Source: Escherichia phage EJP2. From it: DNA of 64,000 bases. Shown one piece after another: positions 27,457 to 35,775 of this stretch. The notes under the pieces were generated by a model. It saw nothing but the letters and a program-made list of their open reading frames with translations. It had not been told where the DNA came from and ran no database searches. The stretch lies in sequence record OQ411014.1; one strand, given 5' to 3'. Both the position numbers and the translations under genes were made by a program. The stretch's first letter is position 1, and each line of letters starts with the position of its first letter.

Positions 27457-27481
27457 AGGTTGACTTCGGTCAGCCTTTTTC
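27457..27481 (+). terminator. terminator-promoter cassette
   Basis: ggttgac-ttcg-gtcagcc + T5 then cgtattatgtactcatcgaaacgaaggag. Confidence 0.65.
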
Positions 27482-27750
27482 GTATTATGTACTCATCGAA
27501 ACGAAGGAGATTATTATGTATATTTTAATAGTGGAGTACTGCTTCTATACTCTATGGATTTACTTAGGTTGTCGATATGGCTTACCTTTATTTGGTAAGT
27601 ACTTCTTAGATTCTGGTTCAGACAAATATGGCGAGAGAAATGACTAAAGGAATGCAGAAGTTAAACTGTTCGTGAAAACTCAAGACTGGCCTGAAGTTGT
27701 ACAGCAAGTAATATGTTCATTCACTAAGACTGAACTAATATAAGAAAAAA

Positions 27751-27775
27751 TGGTTGACTTCGGTCAGCCTTTTTC
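27751..27775 (+). terminator. terminator-promoter cassette
   Basis: ggttgac-ttcg-gtcagcc + T5 then cgtattatgtactcatcgaaacgaaacg. Confidence 0.65.
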
Positions 27776-27819
27776 GTATTATGTACTCATCGAAACGAAA
27801 CGTACTAAGGATTAAGAAA

Positions 27820-28590
27820 ATGAACCGCACAGAAAAAGCAATGCAAATCGAAAAGAACTTCAACTCCATGATGGCTGCTCTTGAATGTCTTCTGGATACC
27901 CAAGCTAACTCAATCAACTCTCTGATTGTTTCTGGTAAAGGTGGTGTTGGTAAAACTTATAACGTAGACAAACGTCTGCAACAAGCAGATAACAACTACG
28001 AAATCGACTACAAAAAGATTTCTGGTAAAGTAACTACTATGGGTCTGTACGAAGCACTGTATCACTCTCGCCACGCTGCTTCAGTACTGTTACTCGATGA
28101 CGTTGATATCTTCGGTGACGAAACTAATATCGACCTCCTTAAAGCAGTACTGGATACTTCCGATAAGCGTGTTGTTTCTTATGCAACTTCCGGTAAGCAC
28201 TTGGACGCGATGGGTATTCCTAAGCAGTTCGAGTTCCGTGGTAAAGTGATCTTCCTGACGAACAAAAACCTGTCACAGATTGCTAAAGGTAAAAGCAGTT
28301 TAGCACCACACATCGATGCTCTGATTACTCGTAGTATCTTCGTGGACCTGCAACTGTTCAGCAACGAAGAAGTAATGATTCACATCGAAAACGTTATGTC
28401 CAAAACTAACATTCTGGAAAACCAGTTCGTTAGTCCAGAAGGTGCAGGTCACATTCTGAACTTCATGCTCAAGAATGAAGATCGTCTGCGTAGTCCTTCT
28501 CTGCGTATGCCAGTACTGATCGCTGGCTTGTATAATAAGTTCCCGTTTGATTGGGAATCAATGGCTGAAAACATGTTCCTGGAGAAATAA
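27820..28590 (+). CDS. P-loop NTPase (Walker A GKGGVGKT, Walker B LLLDDVD)
   Basis: track ORF starts at TTG in terminator (27754); ATG at 27820 (256 aa); markedly high-expression codon usage. Confidence 0.7.
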   Translation: MNRTEKAMQIEKNFNSMMAALECLLDTQANSINSLIVSGKGGVGKTYNVDKRLQQADNNYEIDYKKISGKVTTMGLYEALYHSRHAASVLLLDDVDIFGDETNIDLLKAVLDTSDKRVVSYATSGKHLDAMGIPKQFEFRGKVIFLTNKNLSQIAKGKSSLAPHIDALITRSIFVDLQLFSNEEVMIHIENVMSKTNILENQFVSPEGAGHILNFMLKNEDRLRSPSLRMPVLIAGLYNKFPFDWESMAENMFLEK

Positions 28591-28591
28591 T

Positions 28592-28969
28592 ATGCAAATG
28601 TTCTTGACACCTTTTGGTTCAATCTGTTTAGTACTGGAAACTTTCCTATCTGTTGCAGTACTATGTATGCTGATTGGGAAGTTCTTTAATGCTCGCCCAT
28701 TCAATAAGTACTATGATGCAATTTATGATCAAAGTGAAAGTGAAGGCGTAGCTATCTTTCAATTGCTGGTGGCTATCGTAATCGCTACTATCCTTGCATG
28801 GATTGGTATCATCGGGGAATTCGAACTCCTAACAGAATTTTCAGTTGTAGCAGCTTCTGTGTGTACTGCCTTTACAATTCTGTACTTTACAATCTGTGCA
28901 GTGGATGCTATTATTCCTTATATCAAAAACGTGCACCACAAAATCGTAAAGAAAACCAACGGGGAATAA
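28592..28969 (+). CDS. small integral membrane protein, member of tandem paralog family
   Basis: track ORF from 28547; ATG at 28592 follows RBS ggagaaa; resembles 30140-30496 (PF.KFYD, HKKIV.KK). Confidence 0.55.
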   Translation: MQMFLTPFGSICLVLETFLSVAVLCMLIGKFFNARPFNKYYDAIYDQSESEGVAIFQLLVAIVIATILAWIGIIGEFELLTEFSVVAASVCTAFTILYFTICAVDAIIPYIKNVHHKIVKKTNGE

Positions 28970-28970
28970 A

Positions 28971-29099
28971 ATGAAACCTGAGCAGTGGATTATTGATGAC
29001 ATGCGTTCTATGCGAGCAATTAAAGAACGCACATACGTACAAGAACAATATCTCGAACTCTTGATGTGGTACGTAAAAGTACTGAACTCTAAGGAATAA
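28971..29099 (+). CDS. hypothetical small protein (42 aa)
   Basis: ATG 1 nt after upstream stop; not in ORF track. Confidence 0.3.
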   Translation: MKPEQWIIDDMRSMRAIKERTYVQEQYLELLMWYVKVLNSKE

Positions 29100-29101
29100 T
29101 T

Positions 29102-29449
29102 ATGTCTGCATATACTATGATTACATGTTCTAATCTTGTTAGTATTGCGTACTTTATGTACGTCGCACTTATGGTTGTATGTTGGTACTTTCGCTTGTCA
29201 AAGGTTTATTGTGCAATTGTCCCAAGTTCTGAATTTGGGATGTTCTTTATAAAATTCATGTTCATTGTTACATCAGTAACGAACTTCCTACAACTTATGG
29301 ACTCCTTCTTCCCAGGTACTGGTGAGCCAGTAGCGTTTGCATTCTATATGAACGTTGCAATTGCCGGAGCTTTATTAGGTTGGTTCTTACTGTGTAAAGT
29401 AGTGAATTACCTTTTGTACATCCGAGCAGAACATATTCCACGGAGATAA
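29102..29449 (+). CDS. small integral membrane protein (tandem family)
   Basis: 115 aa; 3-4 hydrophobic helices; basic C-terminus. Confidence 0.6.
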   Translation: MSAYTMITCSNLVSIAYFMYVALMVVCWYFRLSKVYCAIVPSSEFGMFFIKFMFIVTSVTNFLQLMDSFFPGTGEPVAFAFYMNVAIAGALLGWFLLCKVVNYLLYIRAEHIPRR

Positions 29450-29452
29450 TAA

Positions 29453-29800
29453 ATGAATTCGTTCTTTTCTTCATTAGCAGCATTAGCAACAGAAAACACA
29501 CTATACACCATCTTCATTTGTACTCTATCATTATGTTATGGTGCAATGTGGTTCACTAATCATCGCTGGTTCCATGTTATTGATAAGAAGTTCGGTATAG
29601 TAGTATTTGCAATACATTTAGCAACACTAGTAGCAGTACTGACGTGGGTGATTGATACTCTAGCTCCAGGAAAGCCCGTTGGGATGGTTATCAACTTCAT
29701 GTATTGGGTTGTGATGGGTGTATTTGTTGGTGGTGTATTCATCTTTGAATATATGTCAAAGATTCGTAAAAAATATTTTATTGATAAAGGAAACTACTAA
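29453..29800 (+). CDS. small integral membrane protein (tandem family)
   Basis: 115 aa; 3-4 hydrophobic helices; basic C-terminus. Confidence 0.6.
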   Translation: MNSFFSSLAALATENTLYTIFICTLSLCYGAMWFTNHRWFHVIDKKFGIVVFAIHLATLVAVLTWVIDTLAPGKPVGMVINFMYWVVMGVFVGGVFIFEYMSKIRKKYFIDKGNY

Positions 29801-30138
29801 TGTTTTATTTCTGTTCAGCAGTAATGCTATTGTGGATCTTCACATGGGTTAGTTGGATCTTCTGTCTAGATATCGCCAAATGGTTCGACAAACAACTCAA
29901 ATACACTACATATGACTTTGATGGTAAGATCTTTATCATAATCGTTTCGGTTTTTGCTGTCATCGCTGAAGTTCTTGCGTGTCTTGGTATCTTTGTGATG
30001 CACGGTAAGGACTCAACGGTACTATTGGTAATTGCTACACTAATTACTAGTACTACCTTGATATCTTATGTAGTTTCGTTTATAATCTTTTGTGTCGTCC
30101 CCTGGAGGGATAAACTAGCACGTAAGAAAGGATATTAG
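29800..30138 (+). CDS. small integral membrane protein (tandem family)
   Basis: 112 aa; hydrophobic helices; basic C-terminus RDKLARKKGY. Confidence 0.6.
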   Translation: MFYFCSAVMLLWIFTWVSWIFCLDIAKWFDKQLKYTTYDFDGKIFIIIVSVFAVIAEVLACLGIFVMHGKDSTVLLVIATLITSTTLISYVVSFIIFCVVPWRDKLARKKGY

Positions 30139-30139
30139 T

Positions 30140-30496
30140 ATGGAATCATTATCACCGTTCGGGTTAGGTATTTGGTACATGAACGTAGTCATTTCAGTAC
30201 TGATAGTGTTGTTGTTCGTACTGAAGTTCTTCCATGTATCACCGTTTTATAAGTTCTATGACTCAATGATAGAAACTGCTGTTATTGTTCCTATTCTGTC
30301 TGTGGTATATGTAATATGCACATTGATTCTAGTGCCATCAAATATCAATACGTTCTGGACTATTTTTGGGATGATGATCCCAACGTTGTATGATATTTGT
30401 TTAGTAGTTTTCTTATTCATTTTAGGACTACTCGGTGCATATCAAGGCTTAGAGAATCTTCACAAGAAAATCGTTGATAAAAAGGTAAATCGATAA
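30140..30496 (+). CDS. small integral membrane protein (tandem family)
   Basis: 118 aa; hydrophobic helices; C-terminus NLHKKIVDKKVNR. Confidence 0.6.
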   Translation: MESLSPFGLGIWYMNVVISVLIVLLFVLKFFHVSPFYKFYDSMIETAVIVPILSVVYVICTLILVPSNINTFWTIFGMMIPTLYDICLVVFLFILGLLGAYQGLENLHKKIVDKKVNR

Positions 30497-30834
30497 TGAA
30501 TATTTCACCTGACTTCATCGTACTAGTGAACTGCATGAGTATCTTTGTATGTGCATGTTCACTGTTCCTTGCTGTTATCTGGTTCTTTGACACTCCATTA
30601 TGGAACCATTTTACCAGTACTGATGGATGTACCTTCATTGTTATTCCAGTGCAATTGTTCCTTACTGTTCTAGTACTTACAGGTCAGTACGCAACAACTG
30701 GTGGTAATATGAAGCCATACGAAATATTATTCCTAGGTATTCTTCTCGGAATGGCAGTAAACATCGGTTCAGTACTAGTAGCTTTAGTAATGTACTGGAG
30801 AACAAAGATGCTAGAACGTCGTGATAGACGATAA
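30496..30834 (+). CDS. small integral membrane protein (tandem family)
   Basis: 112 aa; hydrophobic helices; C-terminus MLERRDRR. Confidence 0.6.
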   Translation: MNISPDFIVLVNCMSIFVCACSLFLAVIWFFDTPLWNHFTSTDGCTFIVIPVQLFLTVLVLTGQYATTGGNMKPYEILFLGILLGMAVNIGSVLVALVMYWRTKMLERRDRR

Positions 30835-30850
30835 AAAATAGTTTCAAATA

Positions 30851-30876
30851 ACCCAGTCCTAATGGCTGGGTTTTGC
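30851..30876 (+). terminator. rho-independent terminator
   Basis: acccag-N9-ctgggt followed by tttt. Confidence 0.55.
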
Positions 30877-30989
30877 TCTTGAATGTATTAAATACATTTT
30901 TAGACAATATCTTTCTTGTCTAATGCTTAAAAAAACAAGAGGAAATAAATGATAAATTTTGACTTCTATTTGATTGTTGAGGACTGTAT

Positions 30990-31292
30990 ATGCTAATTTA
31001 TATATTGACCTCGATTGTTGTGTATTATCACGTATGTATACTATTAGGTACTTCGCTGTTGTTGCTAGACTATGCTTTGGATGTAAACTATCTCGAAGGT
31101 TATAGATGGATTGCGGACGAGCCTCTCTTTATAATGTTGTGGTTCGTTGAGATCCCAATGATTATAGGATATGCATTGTCTTTCTACATGAACAGTACTT
31201 TAATATTAAGCATCTTATGGGTTAGTACTTTCATAGTACTAATAACTATCTTATTAACGTTAATTGGATATTATATACATAAAAATGTATAA
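30990..31292 (+). CDS. small integral membrane protein
   Basis: 100 aa; three hydrophobic helices. Confidence 0.5.
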   Translation: MLIYILTSIVVYYHVCILLGTSLLLLDYALDVNYLEGYRWIADEPLFIMLWFVEIPMIIGYALSFYMNSTLILSILWVSTFIVLITILLTLIGYYIHKNV

Positions 31293-31296
31293 CATA

Positions 31297-31324
31297 AAGC
31301 CCCTCAATCGAGGGGCTTTTTTTA
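31297..31324 (+). terminator. rho-independent terminator
   Basis: aaagcccctc-aat-cgaggggcttt followed by T-run. Confidence 0.7.
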
Positions 31325-31380
31325 TTGACACAATCCCTTAGACTATGCTATGATGTATCAAATTCATTGGAGACGCAACG

Positions 31381-32058
31381 ATGCATAAGAAGACACAAAA
31401 GAAGAAATCCCGTACATTCAAACATTACTTACACAGTTTTAAGTTCTGGCGGTACAGGTCTAAGTTATATGAGAAGATGTATGATGTTGGGCGTGAACCT
31501 TGGCAGTACTATTCGACTTACTCATTGGCAGTTCGAGAAAACGATTATGGCATTTCTAAGAAAGTACATAAGCTATTAGAAGCCTGTAATGTACGTTTGG
31601 ACTATGCAGAAGTACTACATGACTTTGTGTACATGTACATGGCAAAACCAAATGACCAAATGCACTACACAAGTGGTGAATTTATACACAGCAATACACA
31701 GTACGAATTCAATATCATGGGGGATAAATCCTTTATGATCCGTGAGTACAATCGTGCTGATCCACAGGTGTATATTTCGTACAAGAAAGGTTCAGTAAAG
31801 GTAGAACTAAAGTACGCATACAGTGCTAGACCTAAAAATAATGATGAGCTACAAGAAGCTCTCACTAAGCACGTACAATCTGAACTAACCGAAGCGGAGT
31901 TATTTCAGTACACAATTATGTACGAACAGTTCGAGAGACTCATTTTCATGTTGAATCTGCTTAAACCTTTATGTATATTCAAAGATACTAAAGTAAATGC
32001 CTATTCGTTGTACACACTATTCAGTACTCACGAGACTTACAAAGGACAATTACAATGA
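31381..32058 (+). CDS. basic protein, LQKHY/LTEAELFQY family (copy 1)
   Basis: 225 aa; shares LTKHVQSELTEAELFQYTIMY-type segment with 32055-32675 and 32672-33346. Confidence 0.6.
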   Translation: MHKKTQKKKSRTFKHYLHSFKFWRYRSKLYEKMYDVGREPWQYYSTYSLAVRENDYGISKKVHKLLEACNVRLDYAEVLHDFVYMYMAKPNDQMHYTSGEFIHSNTQYEFNIMGDKSFMIREYNRADPQVYISYKKGSVKVELKYAYSARPKNNDELQEALTKHVQSELTEAELFQYTIMYEQFERLIFMLNLLKPLCIFKDTKVNAYSLYTLFSTHETYKGQLQ

Positions 32059-32675
32059 AGCTAACAGCCTTACAGAAGCACTATCAACAAACGTTCAATT
32101 TCTACCGAACTCGATATCATCGCACACACGGAGCAACAATCTATCGCCCTCGTAGATTGGGACGTGTACGTAAAGGAGGTAAGTTCTTCAAAAAGATCTG
32201 TAACGAACTGAACATCAAATGTCATGGACTGTACGGTTCTAATTCTAATGGCAAAGTAAACGTAAATGAAAACCTTCGCAGTGGTACACGTATTGATACG
32301 GTTGCTGGGAATATCTACACATCCGAAAGCCGGATGTATTTCCCTAAAGGTAAGTCCGAAGATTCTCGCTATGTATTGTGTTATGATTCTTGTGAGTCAC
32401 CGCTTAGTATCGAAGATATCATGGTACTTGATTATAAGTTCGAATACCAGGATGATTCGGTCACTAGTGAAGAACTAACCGACATCGTTCAGAAGCACCT
32501 AAAAGGTACTCTAACGGAGGCAGAACTATTTGTAGCCCTACTATACCATGAAGAGGTAATGCAGCTTCTGGCTGGTGCTGAGATGCTTTATAAGCTATTT
32601 GGATACGTACACAAAGAGCAAGTATCACTCATTGACATTTATGTTTCAGTACTGAAGAGTGAGCAATCTAAATGA
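32055..32675 (+). CDS. basic protein, LQKHY/LTEAELF family (copy 2)
   Basis: 206 aa; N-terminus MKLTALQKHYQQ matches MKLSKLQKHY of 50502-51194. Confidence 0.6.
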   Translation: MKLTALQKHYQQTFNFYRTRYHRTHGATIYRPRRLGRVRKGGKFFKKICNELNIKCHGLYGSNSNGKVNVNENLRSGTRIDTVAGNIYTSESRMYFPKGKSEDSRYVLCYDSCESPLSIEDIMVLDYKFEYQDDSVTSEELTDIVQKHLKGTLTEAELFVALLYHEEVMQLLAGAEMLYKLFGYVHKEQVSLIDIYVSVLKSEQSK

Positions 32676-33346
32676 AGATGAACCGTTTTGGGAATCACTA
32701 CAACAAGTACTTCAAACATATGCACTACGTACAAGCAGAATCTACTACTTCTGCGTATGTATATAACCGTAATGCAACCAGACGGACTCATATGCGTAGG
32801 TCGTTTTCTGCTGTACTGAAGAAGTTCATGCGAGCTAAAGGATTTATGTTCAAAAAAGATACACGGTCTGGATGGTCTTGGGAGAACCATAACACATCAC
32901 CATCATCTGTGTATAATATAGGTCTAACATATTTCAGTTTTATGATTGATGATATTCCTTGTTTGGTTTCGTATTATACATATCCATATACCTACAATGT
33001 CACTGTATATGTGAATTATATATCAGTCGATGATGATGAAAAATTACTGAAACAAAACGTTATTCAAGTTGGTATATCAAATGAAGTATACGCCGCCCAG
33101 GATAAAGAGTTGGAGGATATTCTTAGGAAAAAGTTACCAAAGTACCATGAAGTACTGACGGATGAAAAGATGTTTCAGTACAGTACAATGATACCGAATG
33201 CAGATGTATATTGGAAAGCTAACAATATATATCATAATATTACACAAATGATAATGAGTAGTTATCATGAGAACATACATCACCCATACAATAAAAAGAA
33301 TAAAACAATCATTCATTTATTGAATTGTATCTTGAAGGAATTATAA
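32672..33346 (+). CDS. basic protein, LTDEKMFQY family (copy 3)
   Basis: 224 aa; LPKYHEVLTDEKMFQYSTMIPNADVY resembles LHTTYKNYTEEEIFQQSLVLPNAELY of 50502-51194. Confidence 0.6.
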   Translation: MKMNRFGNHYNKYFKHMHYVQAESTTSAYVYNRNATRRTHMRRSFSAVLKKFMRAKGFMFKKDTRSGWSWENHNTSPSSVYNIGLTYFSFMIDDIPCLVSYYTYPYTYNVTVYVNYISVDDDEKLLKQNVIQVGISNEVYAAQDKELEDILRKKLPKYHEVLTDEKMFQYSTMIPNADVYWKANNIYHNITQMIMSSYHENIHHPYNKKNKTIIHLLNCILKEL

Positions 33347-33382
33347 AAGAAAAATGCCAGTACATATTTTAGTACTGGCATT
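33347..33382. terminator. bidirectional terminator at strand switch
   Basis: A-run, gccagtac-N8-gtactggc, T-run. Confidence 0.65.
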
Positions 33383-33385
33383 TTG

Positions 33386-34516
33386 TTAAAATGGTAAATC
33401 TATTTGTTTGGTAATCGTCATACCTAAAGGTATTGAACACATTGACATATTTTTCCCATTTAGATTGGAAGGCGGCTGTCCGTTCATCCATATATTGGTA
33501 TCGTCATAGAATGTACTCCACCACGTAGAACCACCTTCTATGTGAATATTTTGATTAAAATCAGCGAATTGGCATTCTTGAAAAACTTCAAAAAACGGAA
33601 TAGATGATAAACTACTACTAGTAAATGGTGTATATCCTGTTGCCATTAACTTATTCGTATCTGAATTTACTAAAAAGATAACATTACCTGCATTGTATGG
33701 TACATATTTGGGATATAAATTACTCATATCACCAATAGGGAAGTTAATATTAAATATTTTACTATGCGTACCCGTTCCTGAAAGTGTAGTACCAGTTACG
33801 TATATTTTATTATCAGTTGTACCCATAATAAACCCAATACCAAACCCAGAACAAAATGTAATGTCGTATGAAACATTATCAAATAGTTGAACAAACGTAG
33901 TTACATCACCTGCTGGACTTTGTATTTGTAAACTATTGTTTGCACCTGCTCCCCAAACAGTTCCGTTACTTTTCACTTTGAATAAAGTATCTCCTATATA
34001 GTGACCATATATGCTATCAACTTCAGTATCAAGTTCTGTCCATTGTGACACAAAGTTTTTATGCCCTAAACCTAAACACCCATTACGATTAAGCCCTCTA
34101 CCGTACAATGTACCATCATTCATCAATACAAATACTGTATATCCACATAACATTTTTTTAATTTGTGTAACGTCGATACCATTAAAATACCCACTCCAAT
34201 CTGCATAACCTTGTTGCATTGTCGAAGAATTTGTAAATGCTTGTGTTGGCCCTGAACCATATATTTTACCACCTTTAATAATGACTGAAAACGATCCCAA
34301 CCACACATCTTGAACATCCTGAGCAATTGTTTTCAATTCACCATATGCAGTTAAGGGAGTACTTTGCCCTGAACTATATGTTGAATCTTCTCCGTGTGCA
34401 TATAATGTTCCATCTTGTGTTAGAATCATTTCTAAGTAAACAGCACTTACACTTTTCTTTATTTTATTAACTTCTATTTTATTTCCGTACTTCAACATCC
34501 TTGCAAAAGGTAACAT
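33386..34516 (-). CDS. RCC1-like beta-propeller paralog, N-terminal MLPFARMLKYGN
   Basis: 376 aa; YGRGLNRNGCLGLGHK-type repeats; 9 bp downstream of preceding paralog (likely co-transcribed). Confidence 0.8.
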   Translation of the reverse strand: MLPFARMLKYGNKIEVNKIKKSVSAVYLEMILTQDGTLYAHGEDSTYSSGQSTPLTAYGELKTIAQDVQDVWLGSFSVIIKGGKIYGSGPTQAFTNSSTMQQGYADWSGYFNGIDVTQIKKMLCGYTVFVLMNDGTLYGRGLNRNGCLGLGHKNFVSQWTELDTEVDSIYGHYIGDTLFKVKSNGTVWGAGANNSLQIQSPAGDVTTFVQLFDNVSYDITFCSGFGIGFIMGTTDNKIYVTGTTLSGTGTHSKIFNINFPIGDMSNLYPKYVPYNAGNVIFLVNSDTNKLMATGYTPFTSSSLSSIPFFEVFQECQFADFNQNIHIEGGSTWWSTFYDDTNIWMNGQPPSNLNGKNMSMCSIPLGMTITKQIDLPF

Positions 34517-34525
34517 GATAATCTC

Positions 34526-35704
34526 CTATCGATCAAATTTAAAATCTGTTATGTGTGTCCAAACATGTGGTAATGGTGTACTCAATGGTGTAAATCCAGC
34601 AGGGTCTGACAAAGTACTACCACATGCGTACATAAATTGATTACCAGTACAATCCATTATAGCATAAGAACGTGTAGCTGTACCACATTTGAATCCAACT
34701 GCACTGCTTGGTGTTGGTAATACTTCAAATGTTAGTGCATTTGATGAACCACCACCATCCTTTGTACCTGCGATGTATAGTACTCCATTATTATCAATGA
34801 TTAAGTTGGTCCAATATGCTTGTTCTCTCCCAGCAAGGAAATATGATAAATCACCTGGTACAAATGGTAATGTTCCTTTATACATGGTAGTATTAACATT
34901 CACTGGTGCTCCAGATACACCCCAAGCACTCATGAAGTTTCTTCCACTTGCGTAGAATGTAGTTCCTTTACCGTAAAGTATTAACGTCGCTTGACTTGTA
35001 CGCATTGCATTGTATTCAAACTCAGGATCATCAGTTGCGTTCTTAAAAATCTGTGTCCATGATGTGATATTTCCAGCAGTTGTTACGCCCATTTGATAAT
35101 AATAATTATCACCAGTAGCATAGAATTCTTTTGGTCCAGTTTGCACAACTGCATTACTATTAGTGAGCCAAAAATTCAAAGTTCCAGTTCTTACTATAGT
35201 TGGTGTAAAATTACCGACTGTGTTTCCTTTACCGAAATAACCATTCGCGTTATCCCCATGACCCCACACATCACCATTTGTTGTACGTATGAATAATGTA
35301 CCAGTATTGAAAGCAACTTTTTCTATAGTACTGATATCAATACCAGCCGAAGTGTACTTCGATGTGAAATCTTGAAAAGTACCCCAATAATTAGATGAAC
35401 CATTAAACATTGCTTGTCTACCAGTGTACTTCACTTTATTATCATTAGTTATAAGTAACGTCCCCCACACTGACGCGAACATCAACTTAACATTTTCCAT
35501 AACGAAATATGGTTTACCATATGCCGCAGCGGTAGAGTTCCTCCCTAAAAGTTGACCATTATTACTACAACCCCATACTTCGCCATTATCCAATAGCATT
35601 AACATTGTAGGCTTACCCGATGACACATCCAAGAAGAAATCCACGGGTGTTGCACCTTTCGGTATCACATTTCCATATTCTAACATCCTTACAAAAGGTA
35701 ACAT
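34526..35704 (-). CDS. beta-propeller-like paralog, N-terminal MLPFVRMLEYGN
   Basis: track ORF extends to TTG at 35710; ATG at 35704 follows GGAGA; Gly/Thr/Asn-rich repeat body. Confidence 0.8.
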   Translation of the reverse strand: MLPFVRMLEYGNVIPKGATPVDFFLDVSSGKPTMLMLLDNGEVWGCSNNGQLLGRNSTAAAYGKPYFVMENVKLMFASVWGTLLITNDNKVKYTGRQAMFNGSSNYWGTFQDFTSKYTSAGIDISTIEKVAFNTGTLFIRTTNGDVWGHGDNANGYFGKGNTVGNFTPTIVRTGTLNFWLTNSNAVVQTGPKEFYATGDNYYYQMGVTTAGNITSWTQIFKNATDDPEFEYNAMRTSQATLILYGKGTTFYASGRNFMSAWGVSGAPVNVNTTMYKGTLPFVPGDLSYFLAGREQAYWTNLIIDNNGVLYIAGTKDGGGSSNALTFEVLPTPSSAVGFKCGTATRSYAIMDCTGNQFMYACGSTLSDPAGFTPLSTPLPHVWTHITDFKFDR

Positions 35705-35740
35705 AATCAAATCTCCGTAATTAAATCATACAGTATTTAC

Positions 35741-35771
35741 AAAAAAAATGCCAGTACATATTTCAGTACTA
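35741..35771 (-). terminator. rho-independent terminator within paralog array (example)
   Basis: minus strand: agtactgaaatatgtactggc followed by T8. Confidence 0.6.
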
Positions 35772-35775
35772 TATA

